Shown: positions 9,608 to 19,161 of the stretch, one piece after another
How positions within the stretch are numbered: the first letter of the stretch is position 1
How the letters are laid out: each line of letters opens with the position of its first letter
DNA from: an uncultured delta proteobacterium
GTDB lineage: Bacteria; Desulfobacterota; Binatia; Binatales; Binataceae
Assembly: GCA_963765675.1 (NCBI GenBank)
Contig: CAVXXK010000007.1
Coordinates: 32,001 to 96,000 of the forward strand
Reading direction: 5' to 3'
DNA length: 64,000 bases
The notes under the pieces: generated by a model
Seen by the model: the letters and a program-made list of their open reading frames with translations, nothing else
The model's database searches: none
What the model was told of the DNA's origin: nothing
Made by a program: the position numbers and the translations under genes

Positions 9608-10735
9608 TCAGCCGAGCAGCGTGCGCGCTACGGTCTCGCGATGCACCGGGCCGTTGCCGAGGTTCGCTTCGCCGGCGAGGGCGCGGCGATGGAACAGATG
9701 CATGTCGTGCTCCCAGGTGAAGCCGATTCCGCCGTGAACCTGGATCGCTTCGCTGGTCACGTTCTTGGCCATGTCGGAGGCGTACGCCTTCGCCATCGGG
9801 ACGGCGGTCTTCTGCTCGTCGTTGTTGGTGTCAACGGTCCAGCATGCGTAGTACACAAGTGAACGCGCATTCTCGACTGCGACCATCATATCGACGCACT
9901 TGTGCTTGACCGCCTGGAACGAGCCGATTGGCTTGCCGAACTGCACGCGGGTCTTGGCGTACTCGACCGACATGTCGAGCGCGCGCTGCGCCGTGCCGAC
10001 CATCTCGGTCGCGAGGCCGGCGGTCGCGATGTTGAGCACGCGGCGCAGGATCGGCCATCCTTCGTCGACCTTGCCCAGAATTCCATCGGCCTTGACGTTG
10101 TCGAACTTCACATGGCACAGGCGCCGGGTCATATCGACGGTCTTTAGCTGCGTGATCGTGACGCCCTTGGTGCCGGCGGGGACGCGGAAAATCGTGATGC
10201 CTTTTTCGCCGCTGCCGCTGGTGCGCGCCGCGACCGCGATACCGTCCGCGACGTGGGCGTCGGGCACGAAGAATTTTTCACCGTTAAGGATATAGTCCGA
10301 GCCGCTCTTGGTCGCCTTCATCTGGACGCCTTCGGCGTCGAAGCGGCCCGAGGCCTCTGCCAGCGCGAGGGTCGCGATAAACTCGCCTTTGGCCATCCGC
10401 GGCAGAACCTGTTTCTTCTCGGCCTCGGGGAGCCCTTCCATCGCGAGGGGCACGCCAATCAGCGCGGCGGTGAAGAATGGTCCGGGAAGGAGCGCCTTGC
10501 CGGCTTCTTCGACCACGACCGTCATGTCGAGAAAGGTTCCGCCCTGGCCGCCGTACTCTTCCGGGATGAGCAGCCCGGGCCATCCGAGCTCGACGATCTT
10601 CTTCCAGAAGGCCTTATCGTGGGCGGTAGGGTCGGCCATCATCTGGCGGACAAATTTGGTCGGGCAATTGTCGGCCAGAAAGCGCTTGGCCGCGTCCCGC
10701 AACATCTCCTGTTCTTCAGAAAACCCGAAGTCCAA
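9608..10735 (-). CDS. Acyl-CoA dehydrogenase (FadE-like subunit)
   Basis: DFGFSEEQEMLRD, LNGEKFFV, RVQFGKPIGSFQAVKH, IQVHGGIGFTWEH; TTG start after GGAGG. Confidence 0.93.
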   Translation of the reverse strand: MDFGFSEEQEMLRDAAKRFLADNCPTKFVRQMMADPTAHDKAFWKKIVELGWPGLLIPEEYGGQGGTFLDMTVVVEEAGKALLPGPFFTAALIGVPLAMEGLPEAEKKQVLPRMAKGEFIATLALAEASGRFDAEGVQMKATKSGSDYILNGEKFFVPDAHVADGIAVAARTSGSGEKGITIFRVPAGTKGVTITQLKTVDMTRRLCHVKFDNVKADGILGKVDEGWPILRRVLNIATAGLATEMVGTAQRALDMSVEYAKTRVQFGKPIGSFQAVKHKCVDMMVAVENARSLVYYACWTVDTNNDEQKTAVPMAKAYASDMAKNVTSEAIQVHGGIGFTWEHDMHLFHRRALAGEANLGNGPVHRETVARTLLG

Positions 10736-10907
10736 CTTGGCATTCCTCCGTGATAGGGGCTTGGATGGGAATCCGGCGTTGCCGCTCGAACCCACGTTTC
10801 AGGTAGCATTAAGTGTTTTGCACGTGCAAGCGGCTGGATGCAGCGGATCGGCGTTCGGCTCGCGGCTTCCAGAAATAGAAAACGGCAGATAGAAAACAAG
10901 GATCGAC

Positions 10908-11145
10908 CTAACCCCTGACCCCTTCCCGCACGGGAAGGGGAACCTTGGATCTGGGCGGGCGCGCTCGAACTGGTATGGCGCGATGCGCGCCGGGTTCTTT
11001 CAGTGGTGGCCGACGGCTCGTCGGCCTACGCGGAGCGTCGTGTTGCAGGGCCAGGATGCAGAGCAGCACCCTCACCCACGCGTCACGATGGTTGCGAAAA
11101 AAGCGCAAGCATCGCGCCGCGTCGCCCTCTCCCGGGCGGAGAGGG
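10908..11145. repeat. Further copies of palindromic family A repeat
   Basis: cccctgaccccttccc-gcac-gggaagggg (about 10912-10940) and ccctcaccc...ccctctccc-gggc-ggagaggg (about 11068-11145), similar to the 6471-6558 copy. Confidence 0.75.
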
Positions 11146-11224
11146 TATTTTCTATCTGCGCTTGATCGGCGAAGCGTGGGGCGCGCAGAATTGGAATCTG
11201 CGCGGGGGCGTGGAGGAAATTAAA

Positions 11225-12007
11225 GTGGAACATAAAGATTTAGTGCGGGAGGAATTTACCCGGCAGGCCGACGATTACGCGGCGGCGCCGATGATCCGTG
11301 ACGCCGAGCATATCGCGATGCTGATTCGCACGGTCGATCCCGCGCCAAATGCGCGCGTGCTCGAGGTCGCCACCGGGCCGGGACATGTCGCGCTTGCGTT
11401 TGCGAAAGTCTGCCGCGAAGTGGTCGGCGTCGATCTGACCGTGGCGCCGCTCAATATCGCGCGGCGGATGCGCGATGAGCGCGAAATCACCAATGCGCGG
11501 TTCGAGCTCGCCGACGCCGACCGGCTGCCATTCGGCGATGGCGAGTTCGACGTTGTCGTGTGCCGCTTCGCGGTGCATCACTTCGATCAGCCGGAAAAGG
11601 TAATTGGCGAGATGGCGCGGGTGTGCCGCGACGGCGGGACCGTCGCGATCGAGGATCTTATTTCGAGCGAGGATCCAGCGCGCGCGGCGTACTACAACGA
11701 GTTCGAGCGGCTGCGCGACACCTCGCATACGCGGGCGTTGCCGCTGAGCGAGATGGCGCAGATCCTCGGGCGCGCGCACTGCGAGATCGCGCGCTTTACT
11801 TCGCACGGTATGCGCAATCCGGTCCAGGCGTGGCTGCGCTCGGCGAAGACCCCGCCCGAGCGCGCGGCGCGCACGCTTGCGATGATCGAGCGCGACGTGG
11901 CCGAGGACTTAAGCGGCGCGCGATCGGTCAAGATCAAGGGCGAGCTGTTTTTCACGCATCGGATTGCGATCGTGGTGACGCGCAAGCTTGCGAGGCGCAA
12001 GAACTAG
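11225..12007 (+). CDS. Class I SAM-dependent methyltransferase (UbiE-like)
   Basis: VLEVATGPG, GVDLT, LPFGDGEFDVV, HHF; GTG start after GGAGG. Confidence 0.9.
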   Translation: MEHKDLVREEFTRQADDYAAAPMIRDAEHIAMLIRTVDPAPNARVLEVATGPGHVALAFAKVCREVVGVDLTVAPLNIARRMRDEREITNARFELADADRLPFGDGEFDVVVCRFAVHHFDQPEKVIGEMARVCRDGGTVAIEDLISSEDPARAAYYNEFERLRDTSHTRALPLSEMAQILGRAHCEIARFTSHGMRNPVQAWLRSAKTPPERAARTLAMIERDVAEDLSGARSVKIKGELFFTHRIAIVVTRKLARRKN

Positions 12008-13188
12008 CCGTCGCGTTTGGGCGAGACGAGCGCGAGCACGCCGGAATACTGAAGCGCGGCGGCGGTATCGCCCGCGGATCCGACTTCGAAACCGGTGAAG
12101 AAGCCAGCCAGCGGAAACTCGCCCAGGTATTGGCGGATATAGGCCGGGTCGTGGCCCGCGAGATTGTAGAGCCCCACGCCGCGCGACACGCAATCGAAGT
12201 ACAATCCGAATGCCGGCGGTGCAGATGAGGCCGCGCGCAAATCTTCAAGCATCGCTTTAAGGTCGGCGCGCGCGCGTTCGGCGTCGCGCAGCACGATCGC
12301 GACCAGGTCTCCCACCTTCGGGTTGTGCGCGACCGCGAACACGCCGTGCTCTTCGCTGGCGCCGATAATGTTGCGGACCAGGTAACTGCCGCGGCTGAAA
12401 TCGGCGCGCGCGGGATCGTGCGGAATCGCCAGGAACACGAAAGCGAGCGCGCGGCGCAAATCTTTGGCGAGCGGGCCGGCGGCGGCGGCGAAAACTTCGT
12501 ACGCGGGACGATCATCAAGCGTCAGGATGATATTGTCGCGCACTCCGGTCACGCGATGCGGCGGTCCGATCGGAGTGCAGGCGACGGAGCTCGTGATCGT
12601 CAGATCGAAGTCGCCGGACAGCAGCATCCCGGAGACGGCGTTGTTGCTGACCGTGTCGCCGCAGAACTGAAACGTCTCTCCGGCCGAGCCGTCTTCGCTG
12701 GCGCCGCCGCCCGCGATCGCGACGCCGGGAAGCTCGCGCGCGAGTGCGGGCAACAGTGCATCGGGATTGGCGTTGTACGAATCCGGAAAAATCAGGAGCA
12801 GATTTGACGCGCCGAGATTGGGGCGAACCGCGCTTGCGATTTCGGCGGCGACCTCGGCGTCGCGTCCGCGCAATTGCGGGACGAAGAAGCGATGCGCCGA
12901 AAGATCGGCGCCGCCGAAGACCATCACGGCCAGCGCGTGTCCCTTTTCGATTTCATTCTCGCACGCGATGATCCCGACACTCGAGCATCCCGCGACTTCA
13001 TCGGTCTTCGCGGCCGCGGCGACCGCGCGCAGGATCATCGTATAGGCGGCCCCGTAGGCCGTGGTTGCGAACACCAGCGCGCCCGCCGCCCGCGACAAGC
13101 CGGCGGCGGCGAGAGCCTCCGCGGTCGCTTCAGCGGCGGCGATCTTTGGATTGGGCGCGACCGAATGGCCGACTCCAGCACGCAGCAT
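12004..13188 (-). CDS. FIST domain signal-transduction protein
   Basis: MLRAGVGHS start after AGGAGG; AGCSSVGII, IAGGGAS, ILTLDDRPA, YLVRNIIG, FDCVSRG, PLAGFFTGFE. Confidence 0.88.
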   Translation of the reverse strand: MLRAGVGHSVAPNPKIAAAEATAEALAAAGLSRAAGALVFATTAYGAAYTMILRAVAAAAKTDEVAGCSSVGIIACENEIEKGHALAVMVFGGADLSAHRFFVPQLRGRDAEVAAEIASAVRPNLGASNLLLIFPDSYNANPDALLPALARELPGVAIAGGGASEDGSAGETFQFCGDTVSNNAVSGMLLSGDFDLTITSSVACTPIGPPHRVTGVRDNIILTLDDRPAYEVFAAAAGPLAKDLRRALAFVFLAIPHDPARADFSRGSYLVRNIIGASEEHGVFAVAHNPKVGDLVAIVLRDAERARADLKAMLEDLRAASSAPPAFGLYFDCVSRGVGLYNLAGHDPAYIRQYLGEFPLAGFFTGFEVGSAGDTAAALQYSGVLALVSPKRDG

Positions 13189-13202
13189 CGCAACCCTCCT
13201 GA

Positions 13203-14675
13203 TCAGCGCCCGCCAAACAGCTCGAGCAGCTCGACCATCCGCTTGATTCCGGCGCCGAGCTCCTTGACGCTGATGCGCTCGTTGACTCCGTGGACGCCGT
13301 GGGCTTCGTCGGCGGTCACGCTGATCGGCATGAAGCCGTAGGCGATGAGATGTTTCTGGCGGAAATAGTGGCTGTCGGTAAAGCCGGAGGTCATCGTGGG
13401 CACCACCTGCGCCTTGCCGTCGCGGTGTGCGAGACCCTCGATCGCGGTCATCAACTCGGATCTCTGCGGCGAGGAGACCGGCGGGAAATTCAGGATCACG
13501 TCGATGTGGATGTCCTTGTCGTCGATCACTTTTTCGATCGTGCGCAGGAATTTTTTCGGGTCGGTTCCGGGCAGCAGGCGGCAATCGATCTCGCAGTAGG
13601 CATTTTCCGAGATGACGTTGGTCTTGGCGCTCGCCGAAAGCACGGTCGGCGTGATCGTATCGCGCACGGAGGCGTTCTGGCGCGGCACCGAGACGAACTC
13701 GCGCGCGAACGCGGGTTCCTTGAGCGCGGTCGCGAGATCGAGCCATTGGCGCGGCCCGTGCGTGATCTCGGACATCGTATGGTAGTAATTCTCGACCGGG
13801 CCAATGATCCGGATGGGCGCGTGATACTCGTCCAGACGTGCGAGCGCGCGCACCAGCCTGGTGACCGCGGTTTCCGGCGGCGGGACCGCGGCGTGTCCCG
13901 CCGGCCCGGTCGCGGTGACGCGCAGCCACAGCGGAGTCTTCTCGGTCACGGATACGTTGTAGAGTTGCTTGCCGCCCGGCAGGTCCATGATCCCGCCGCC
14001 TTCGTTGAGCACGTAGCCCGCGTCCGCATAGACGCTCGGCTGATGATCGACGAACCATCCCGCGCCCGCTTTGCCGCCTTCTTCTTCGTCGCCGGTCGCG
14101 ACCAGGATCACGTCGCGGTCGAGCAGGATTCCCGCGCGCTTGATCGCGAGCATCGCCATCATCTCGACCACGCCCGAGCCCTTGTCGTCGATCGCGCCGC
14201 GGCCCCAGATGACGCCGTCCTTGACCTCGCCGGAAAAGGGCGGGACCTGCCAGTCCTTGGCGTCGGCGGGAACCACGTCCATGTGGCAGAGCAGGATGAT
14301 CGCCTTCTGATGCTTGCCGATGCCGTGCAGGCGGGCGGCTACGATTCCGCGGCCGGGTGCGGACTCCCAGGTGGTCGCGGGAATACCGTCGGAGAGAAAT
14401 TTCTCCTTCAGCAGCATCGCGGCCGGAAGTTCGTTGCCCGGAGGATTTGTGGTGTTGATCTGGATGTACTTGGAGAGAAAGGCGGTCGCCTCCTGGGTGA
14501 GTTTGTCGTAGTCGATGGGCTGAGGCGGAGCCGCCTTGGTCAGGACCGCGTCGCGCGTGAGAGGGGGAGACTTCGCGGGCTGAGCGAACGCGGCGGCAGA
14601 TGAAGAAAGAATCGCGACGGCGATCGCGGCGGTGAACCAGGAACCTCGCGAGGCGGACTGACAAGGGTTTTTCAT
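13203..14675 (-). CDS. Exported M20/M25/M40 family metallopeptidase/amidohydrolase
   Basis: Signal peptide; NTTNPPGNE, LCHMDVVP, WGRGAIDDKG, GDEEEGG, NEGG, HGVNERI. Confidence 0.92.
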   Translation of the reverse strand: MKNPCQSASRGSWFTAAIAVAILSSSAAAFAQPAKSPPLTRDAVLTKAAPPQPIDYDKLTQEATAFLSKYIQINTTNPPGNELPAAMLLKEKFLSDGIPATTWESAPGRGIVAARLHGIGKHQKAIILLCHMDVVPADAKDWQVPPFSGEVKDGVIWGRGAIDDKGSGVVEMMAMLAIKRAGILLDRDVILVATGDEEEGGKAGAGWFVDHQPSVYADAGYVLNEGGGIMDLPGGKQLYNVSVTEKTPLWLRVTATGPAGHAAVPPPETAVTRLVRALARLDEYHAPIRIIGPVENYYHTMSEITHGPRQWLDLATALKEPAFAREFVSVPRQNASVRDTITPTVLSASAKTNVISENAYCEIDCRLLPGTDPKKFLRTIEKVIDDKDIHIDVILNFPPVSSPQRSELMTAIEGLAHRDGKAQVVPTMTSGFTDSHYFRQKHLIAYGFMPISVTADEAHGVHGVNERISVKELGAGIKRMVELLELFGGR

Positions 14676-14754
14676 AGGTGCGCTCGCCGTAGAAGTATTC
14701 CGATTTCCGCGGGATCGTCAAACCTGCGCGACGATTGTCACCCATCGAGACTCG

Positions 14755-14962
14755 ACTGCTTTCGCGACTGGCGAGATTCCTCGCGGCCTTTGTCCAGCTC
14801 GACGTTACGCGCACGACGCACCGCGGGTTGCTTGACCGCGCTCGGAATGACACAAAAACGCACGAGTTGTCATTCCGAGCGCGATCGATCGCCAGTCTCG
14901 CGTCGTGCATACCGTCTCGCAATGCGCGCAGCGCGAGGAATCTCGCCAGTCGCGAAAGCAGC
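14755..14962. repeat. Inverted pair of GTCATTCCGAGCG...CGAGGAATCTC repeats (REP-like family B)
   Basis: ctgctttcgcgactggcgagattcctcgcg pairs with cgcgaggaatctcgccagtcgcgaaagcag; cgctcggaatgaca pairs with tgtcattccgagcg. Confidence 0.85.
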
Positions 14963-15024
14963 TCATCAGAGAGGAGCTGTGTGAAGCAGCGCATCTGAAT
15001 CGATGTGATGCTAGAACCAGAGCG

Positions 15025-15714
15025 ATGAAGCGGCCTCCATCAAGGGCTCGTGCTCCTATTACTGCGCGGACGATTGGCGCGATCCTGCGGGTGCTGCGGC
15101 GCGAGGCGCCGGCGTGGAATGCGCCGATCGTCTCGTTCATCAGCATCCAGACTCGCGACCCGTTCAAGACGCTGATTAGCTGCATCCTGAGTTTGCGGAC
15201 CAAGGATCAGACTACCGCGGTCGCGTCGCAGCGCCTGTTCGATCGCGCGGCGACGCCCGCGGCGATCGCGGCGATCCCCGAGCGTACGCTCGAGCGGCTG
15301 ATTTTTCCGGTCGGGTTCTATCGCACCAAGGCGAAGGCGATCCGCGGAATCTGCCGCGACCTGATCGACAAACACGGCGGGCGCGTGCCCGACGAAATCG
15401 ACGCGCTGCTGACGCTGAAGGGCGTGGGGCGCAAGACTGCGAATCTCGTGGTGACCGAGGCGTACCGCAAGCCGGGCATCTGCGTCGATACGCATGTGCA
15501 TCGCATTTCGAACCGGTGGGGACTGGTCAAAACGCACACACCCGAGAAAACCGAGATGGCGCTGCGCGAGATTCTGCCGCGCCGTCTCTGGCTCGAATAC
15601 AACGGAATCCTGGTCGCGTTCGGCCAGACGATCTGCCATCCGACGTCGCCGCGATGCACCCAGTGTCCGATCGCGAGCGCGTGCCCGAGAATCGGCGTGA
15701 TCCATTCGCGCTAG
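15025..15714 (+). CDS. nth: Endonuclease III
   Basis: LISCILSLRTKD, HhH LKGVGRKTANLV, VDTHVHRI, 4Fe-4S C-x6-C-x2-C-x5-C. Confidence 0.93.
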   Translation: MKRPPSRARAPITARTIGAILRVLRREAPAWNAPIVSFISIQTRDPFKTLISCILSLRTKDQTTAVASQRLFDRAATPAAIAAIPERTLERLIFPVGFYRTKAKAIRGICRDLIDKHGGRVPDEIDALLTLKGVGRKTANLVVTEAYRKPGICVDTHVHRISNRWGLVKTHTPEKTEMALREILPRRLWLEYNGILVAFGQTICHPTSPRCTQCPIASACPRIGVIHSR

Positions 15715-15758
15715 CCGGCGCCGTTATCAGATCATCGCTTGCGTGGTAGGCTTCGCGC

Positions 15759-16649
15759 ATGAGTCTTGAAATTGGATTTATCGGCCTCGGATCGATGGGC
15801 TTTCCGATCGCGGCGAATCTTGCCGCCGCGGGATTTCCGCTCACGGTCTGGAATCGCACCGCGTCCAAGGCGCAGCCGCTCGCTGAAAAAGGTGCGCGAA
15901 TCGCCGCGAGTCCGCGAGAGGTCGCGCACGCCGGCGGAATTGTCATCACGATGGTGGCCGACGACGCCGCGCTCGAGAGCCTGGTCGTGGGCGAGGCAGC
16001 GATAGCGAGACAAATCGCGCCGGGCGGAATCCATCTGTCGATGAGCACCGTCGCTCCGGCGACGATCCGCAAGCTTGCCGAAGCTCATCGCGAAGCCGGA
16101 AGCGTCCTGCTCGCGTCTCCGGTGTTCGGGCGTCCGGATGCTGCGGCAGCCCGGAAGATGTTCGTCTGTATTTCCGGCGACGCCGCGGCGAAGCAGAAGG
16201 TCAGGCCGATCCTCGACGCGATCGGGCAGGGCGTGTTCGATTTCGGGGAGACGCCCGAGTCGGCGAGCGTCGCGAAAATCTCCGGCAACTTTTTGATCGC
16301 CGCCGCGATGGAGGCGATGGGCGAGGCATTCGCGATGGCCGAGAAGTCGGGGCTCGATCGCGCCGCCGTCGCCACGATGCTCACGCGGACGCTGTTCGCA
16401 TGCCCCGTCTATCAGGGTTATGGCGCGGCGATCGCGGCGCGCAGGCATTCACCGGCCGGGTTTCGCCTTCCGCTCGGACTTAAGGACGTCGAGCTGGTGC
16501 TGCGAACCGCGCGCGAGGTGAATGCCCCGATGCCGACCGCGAGCCTGCTGCGCGATCGCTTTGTTCACGCGCTCGCGATGGGCCGCGCCGATCTCGACTG
16601 GTCGGCGATCGGGCTGGGCGCGCGGGAGGACGCGGGCCTCAAGGACTGA
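15759..16649 (+). CDS. NAD(P)-dependent oxidoreductase, 3-hydroxyisobutyrate dehydrogenase family
   Basis: IGFIGLGSMG, WNRT, SPVFG, KISGN, GLKD. Confidence 0.9.
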   Translation: MSLEIGFIGLGSMGFPIAANLAAAGFPLTVWNRTASKAQPLAEKGARIAASPREVAHAGGIVITMVADDAALESLVVGEAAIARQIAPGGIHLSMSTVAPATIRKLAEAHREAGSVLLASPVFGRPDAAAARKMFVCISGDAAAKQKVRPILDAIGQGVFDFGETPESASVAKISGNFLIAAAMEAMGEAFAMAEKSGLDRAAVATMLTRTLFACPVYQGYGAAIAARRHSPAGFRLPLGLKDVELVLRTAREVNAPMPTASLLRDRFVHALAMGRADLDWSAIGLGAREDAGLKD

Positions 16650-16752
16650 GCGGTACCGACACAGCGTCAGTATCGACGCCACGTTTTCTCGGTTGCCTGC
16701 CGGATGGCGCTGCTTTATTGTGGATGCTCGCGCACGTTTCGTGCGCGTTCAG

Positions 16753-18111
16753 ATGTCGTTTCCCAGGCAAGTTACCCGCGCAGACCAGAAGCTCGGCGCT
16801 ATCTTAACCCAGATGGCGCGGCTCAAACTGCGCCTCAATTCGCTCGCGATTCAGCACGTCGCGTTTCGCGTGCTGGCGGCTCTGGTGATCGCGGGCGCGC
16901 TGATCTTTGTGGCAGCAAACTGGTTTTCGCCGCTGATATTTTTAAGCGCCAGCGCCGTGATTTCGATTGCCGCCATCGCCGCGATCATACGGGCGGTTCG
17001 AGGCGGACTGGCGATGCGCGCAAGCGCGGTGGGCGCCGCGCAAATCGCCGACCAGCGCGCCAATCTGAAAGGCCGCCTCGCCACGATCGTCGAAATAGCC
17101 GCGCGTCCCAACCGGGGAGCGCTGTGGCCGTACGTGGTCGAGGACGCGCTTGCGTATCGCGAGGAATTTGCCGCCAGGCGAATCGAACGCCGCAGGATTG
17201 AACGATCGGTATGGATTCTCGGCGCCGCGATGATCGTGGCGGCGATAATGCTTCCGCTTGCCCGCACGCGTCATCCGTCGATCCTGGCGGAGGCCGAGCT
17301 GCCGGCCGACCTGACGATAGATCTGGATGACCTTCATCTGCGTCCCGCCGAGCCGGGCGACAGCTCCGGGCTCGAGTTGCAGGCCGATTCCTCGACGATG
17401 AGCAGGCTTCAGGCCAAGCTCGCGCAAGAGGGCATGAGTCCAAGCGCGGCGGATGGCCATGCGCAGGGCGGTATCGTGAACAGCGCGCGCAGTCTTGCCG
17501 AGAGGGTTCAGAGCAAGCTGCGCGGGGAACAGCCGGAGCACAAGCATCGGCTGACTCTCAAGCTCGCCGACGCGGGCGGCGATCAGGCGAGTAATCCGCG
17601 CGGTGACGACTCCGCGCTTCACGGGCAGCATCGCCAGAGTGAGGCCGCGGGCCAGTTCAAGCGCGAGCATCCGTTCGGCGACGAAGATATTCCGCTGCCG
17701 AAGGTGGACGAAACCCACGGTCCGCAGGAGCAGCATATTCCCGGCGGAGGCGCCGATCTCCAGACTCCCGGTTTGACCAATCCCGAGAACTCGCCCGATT
17801 CTGATTCGGTGCCTGACACATCCGATCAGCGCGGAAATCTCGGCAGCAGCGGAGGTCCGTCGCATGGAATCGGCGCGGATCCGGACAGTCTGTTCGGTGC
17901 GGCTACGAAGTCCCCGATGAGCACCGAGGGCTTCGAGATCTCGATCGAGGCGCGCGCGATGGCGCATGGCGCAAAGGGCTCGGGCCAGGCTTATCTGCCA
18001 CCCAAAGTCCGTACGCCGCTAAGCTCCGACCAGCAGGCCGATGAGCCGATCGCACGCGCGGCGGTGCCGGCCGAAGATAGAACCACAATCGAGCGGGTGT
18101 TTGAACGATGA
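16753..18111 (+). CDS. Membrane protein with low-complexity tail (DUF4175-like, first gene of MoxR operon)
   Basis: 3 TM segments, ADQRANLKGRLATIVE, G/S/D-rich tail ending VPAEDRTTIERVF; ATGA overlap with MoxR. Confidence 0.7.
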   Translation: MSFPRQVTRADQKLGAILTQMARLKLRLNSLAIQHVAFRVLAALVIAGALIFVAANWFSPLIFLSASAVISIAAIAAIIRAVRGGLAMRASAVGAAQIADQRANLKGRLATIVEIAARPNRGALWPYVVEDALAYREEFAARRIERRRIERSVWILGAAMIVAAIMLPLARTRHPSILAEAELPADLTIDLDDLHLRPAEPGDSSGLELQADSSTMSRLQAKLAQEGMSPSAADGHAQGGIVNSARSLAERVQSKLRGEQPEHKHRLTLKLADAGGDQASNPRGDDSALHGQHRQSEAAGQFKREHPFGDEDIPLPKVDETHGPQEQHIPGGGADLQTPGLTNPENSPDSDSVPDTSDQRGNLGSSGGPSHGIGADPDSLFGAATKSPMSTEGFEISIEARAMAHGAKGSGQAYLPPKVRTPLSSDQQADEPIARAAVPAEDRTTIERVFER

Positions 18112-19151
18112 GCGAGCTGGCAGCCGTCGAAACTCCGACCGTCGCGGATTTCGCGCGCACCTTCCGGCGCGTGCAGGCGGAGATTCACAAGGTCATTATC
18201 GGGCACGAGCAGGCGGTCGAAGAGCTGCTCTCGGCGTTGTTCGCGGGCGGACACGTGCTGATCGAGGGCGTACCCGGAACCGGCAAAACCACGCTGGTCA
18301 AGACGCTCGGCCTGGCGCTCGATCTGAGCTTCAACCGGATTCAGTTCACGGTCGATCTGATGCCGGCCGATATCACCGGCACGCGGGTGATCCTTTCAGG
18401 CGAGGACGGGCGGCGCGAATTCACGTTTCAGCCGGGCCCGGTGTTCTGCCATATCCTGCTCGGTGACGAAATAAATCGCGCGACGCCGAAAACGCAATCG
18501 GCGCTGCTCGAAGCGATGGCGGAGCTGCAGGTCACGGTCTCCGGTATCACCTATCCGCTGGCGCCGCCGTACTTCGTGATGGCGACGCTCAATCCGATCG
18601 AGATGGAAGGCACTTATCCGCTGCCCGAGGCGCAGCTCGACCGGTTCCTGTTCAAGGTGCGGCTCGACTATCCGGACGAGGAGCAGTTGGTGCGGATAAT
18701 CTCCTCGACCACCGGACCGGAAGAGGCCGGAGTCGCACCGGTGTTTTCCGGCGCCGAGGCCTCGAGCCGGATCGAGGCGCTCAAGAAGCTGGTGCGCGAG
18801 GTGATCGCGGCGCCGGCGATGGATCAGTACGCGGCGCGAATCGTGCGCGCGACCCAGCCTGAGCATTCGCGCTATATCGGCGAATCGCCGCGCTCGATGC
18901 ATGACGAGATGGTGAATCGCTACGTGATGTTCGGCTCGAGTCCACGCGGCGCGCAGGCGCTGATCATGGGCGCCAAGGTGCGCGCGCTGCTCGACGGACG
19001 CGCCAACGTCGCGCGCGAAGATATCGAAGCGGTGGCGGTTCCCGCGCTGGCGCATCGCATCATGCTCAACTACGCCGCGCATTCCGACGCGGTCGCGGCC
19101 GAGCAGATTGTCGAGCGCGTGATCAAATCCGCCAGCGCAGCCCGCAGTTGA
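18108..19151 (+). CDS. MoxR-family AAA+ ATPase
   Basis: GHVLIEGVPGTGKT, RIQFTVDLMPADITG, DEINRATPKTQSALLEAM, NPIEMEGTYPLPEAQLDRF. Confidence 0.96.
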   Translation: MSELAAVETPTVADFARTFRRVQAEIHKVIIGHEQAVEELLSALFAGGHVLIEGVPGTGKTTLVKTLGLALDLSFNRIQFTVDLMPADITGTRVILSGEDGRREFTFQPGPVFCHILLGDEINRATPKTQSALLEAMAELQVTVSGITYPLAPPYFVMATLNPIEMEGTYPLPEAQLDRFLFKVRLDYPDEEQLVRIISSTTGPEEAGVAPVFSGAEASSRIEALKKLVREVIAAPAMDQYAARIVRATQPEHSRYIGESPRSMHDEMVNRYVMFGSSPRGAQALIMGAKVRALLDGRANVAREDIEAVAVPALAHRIMLNYAAHSDAVAAEQIVERVIKSASAARS

Positions 19152-19161
19152 GGTTTCACTG

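Noticed and set aside
13189-14994. 600-aa N-terminal extension of the FIST ORF (track ORF 12004..14994)
   Set aside because: It overlaps the M20 peptidase in another frame with Arg-rich nonsense composition; the real start is ATG 13188 behind AGGAGG.
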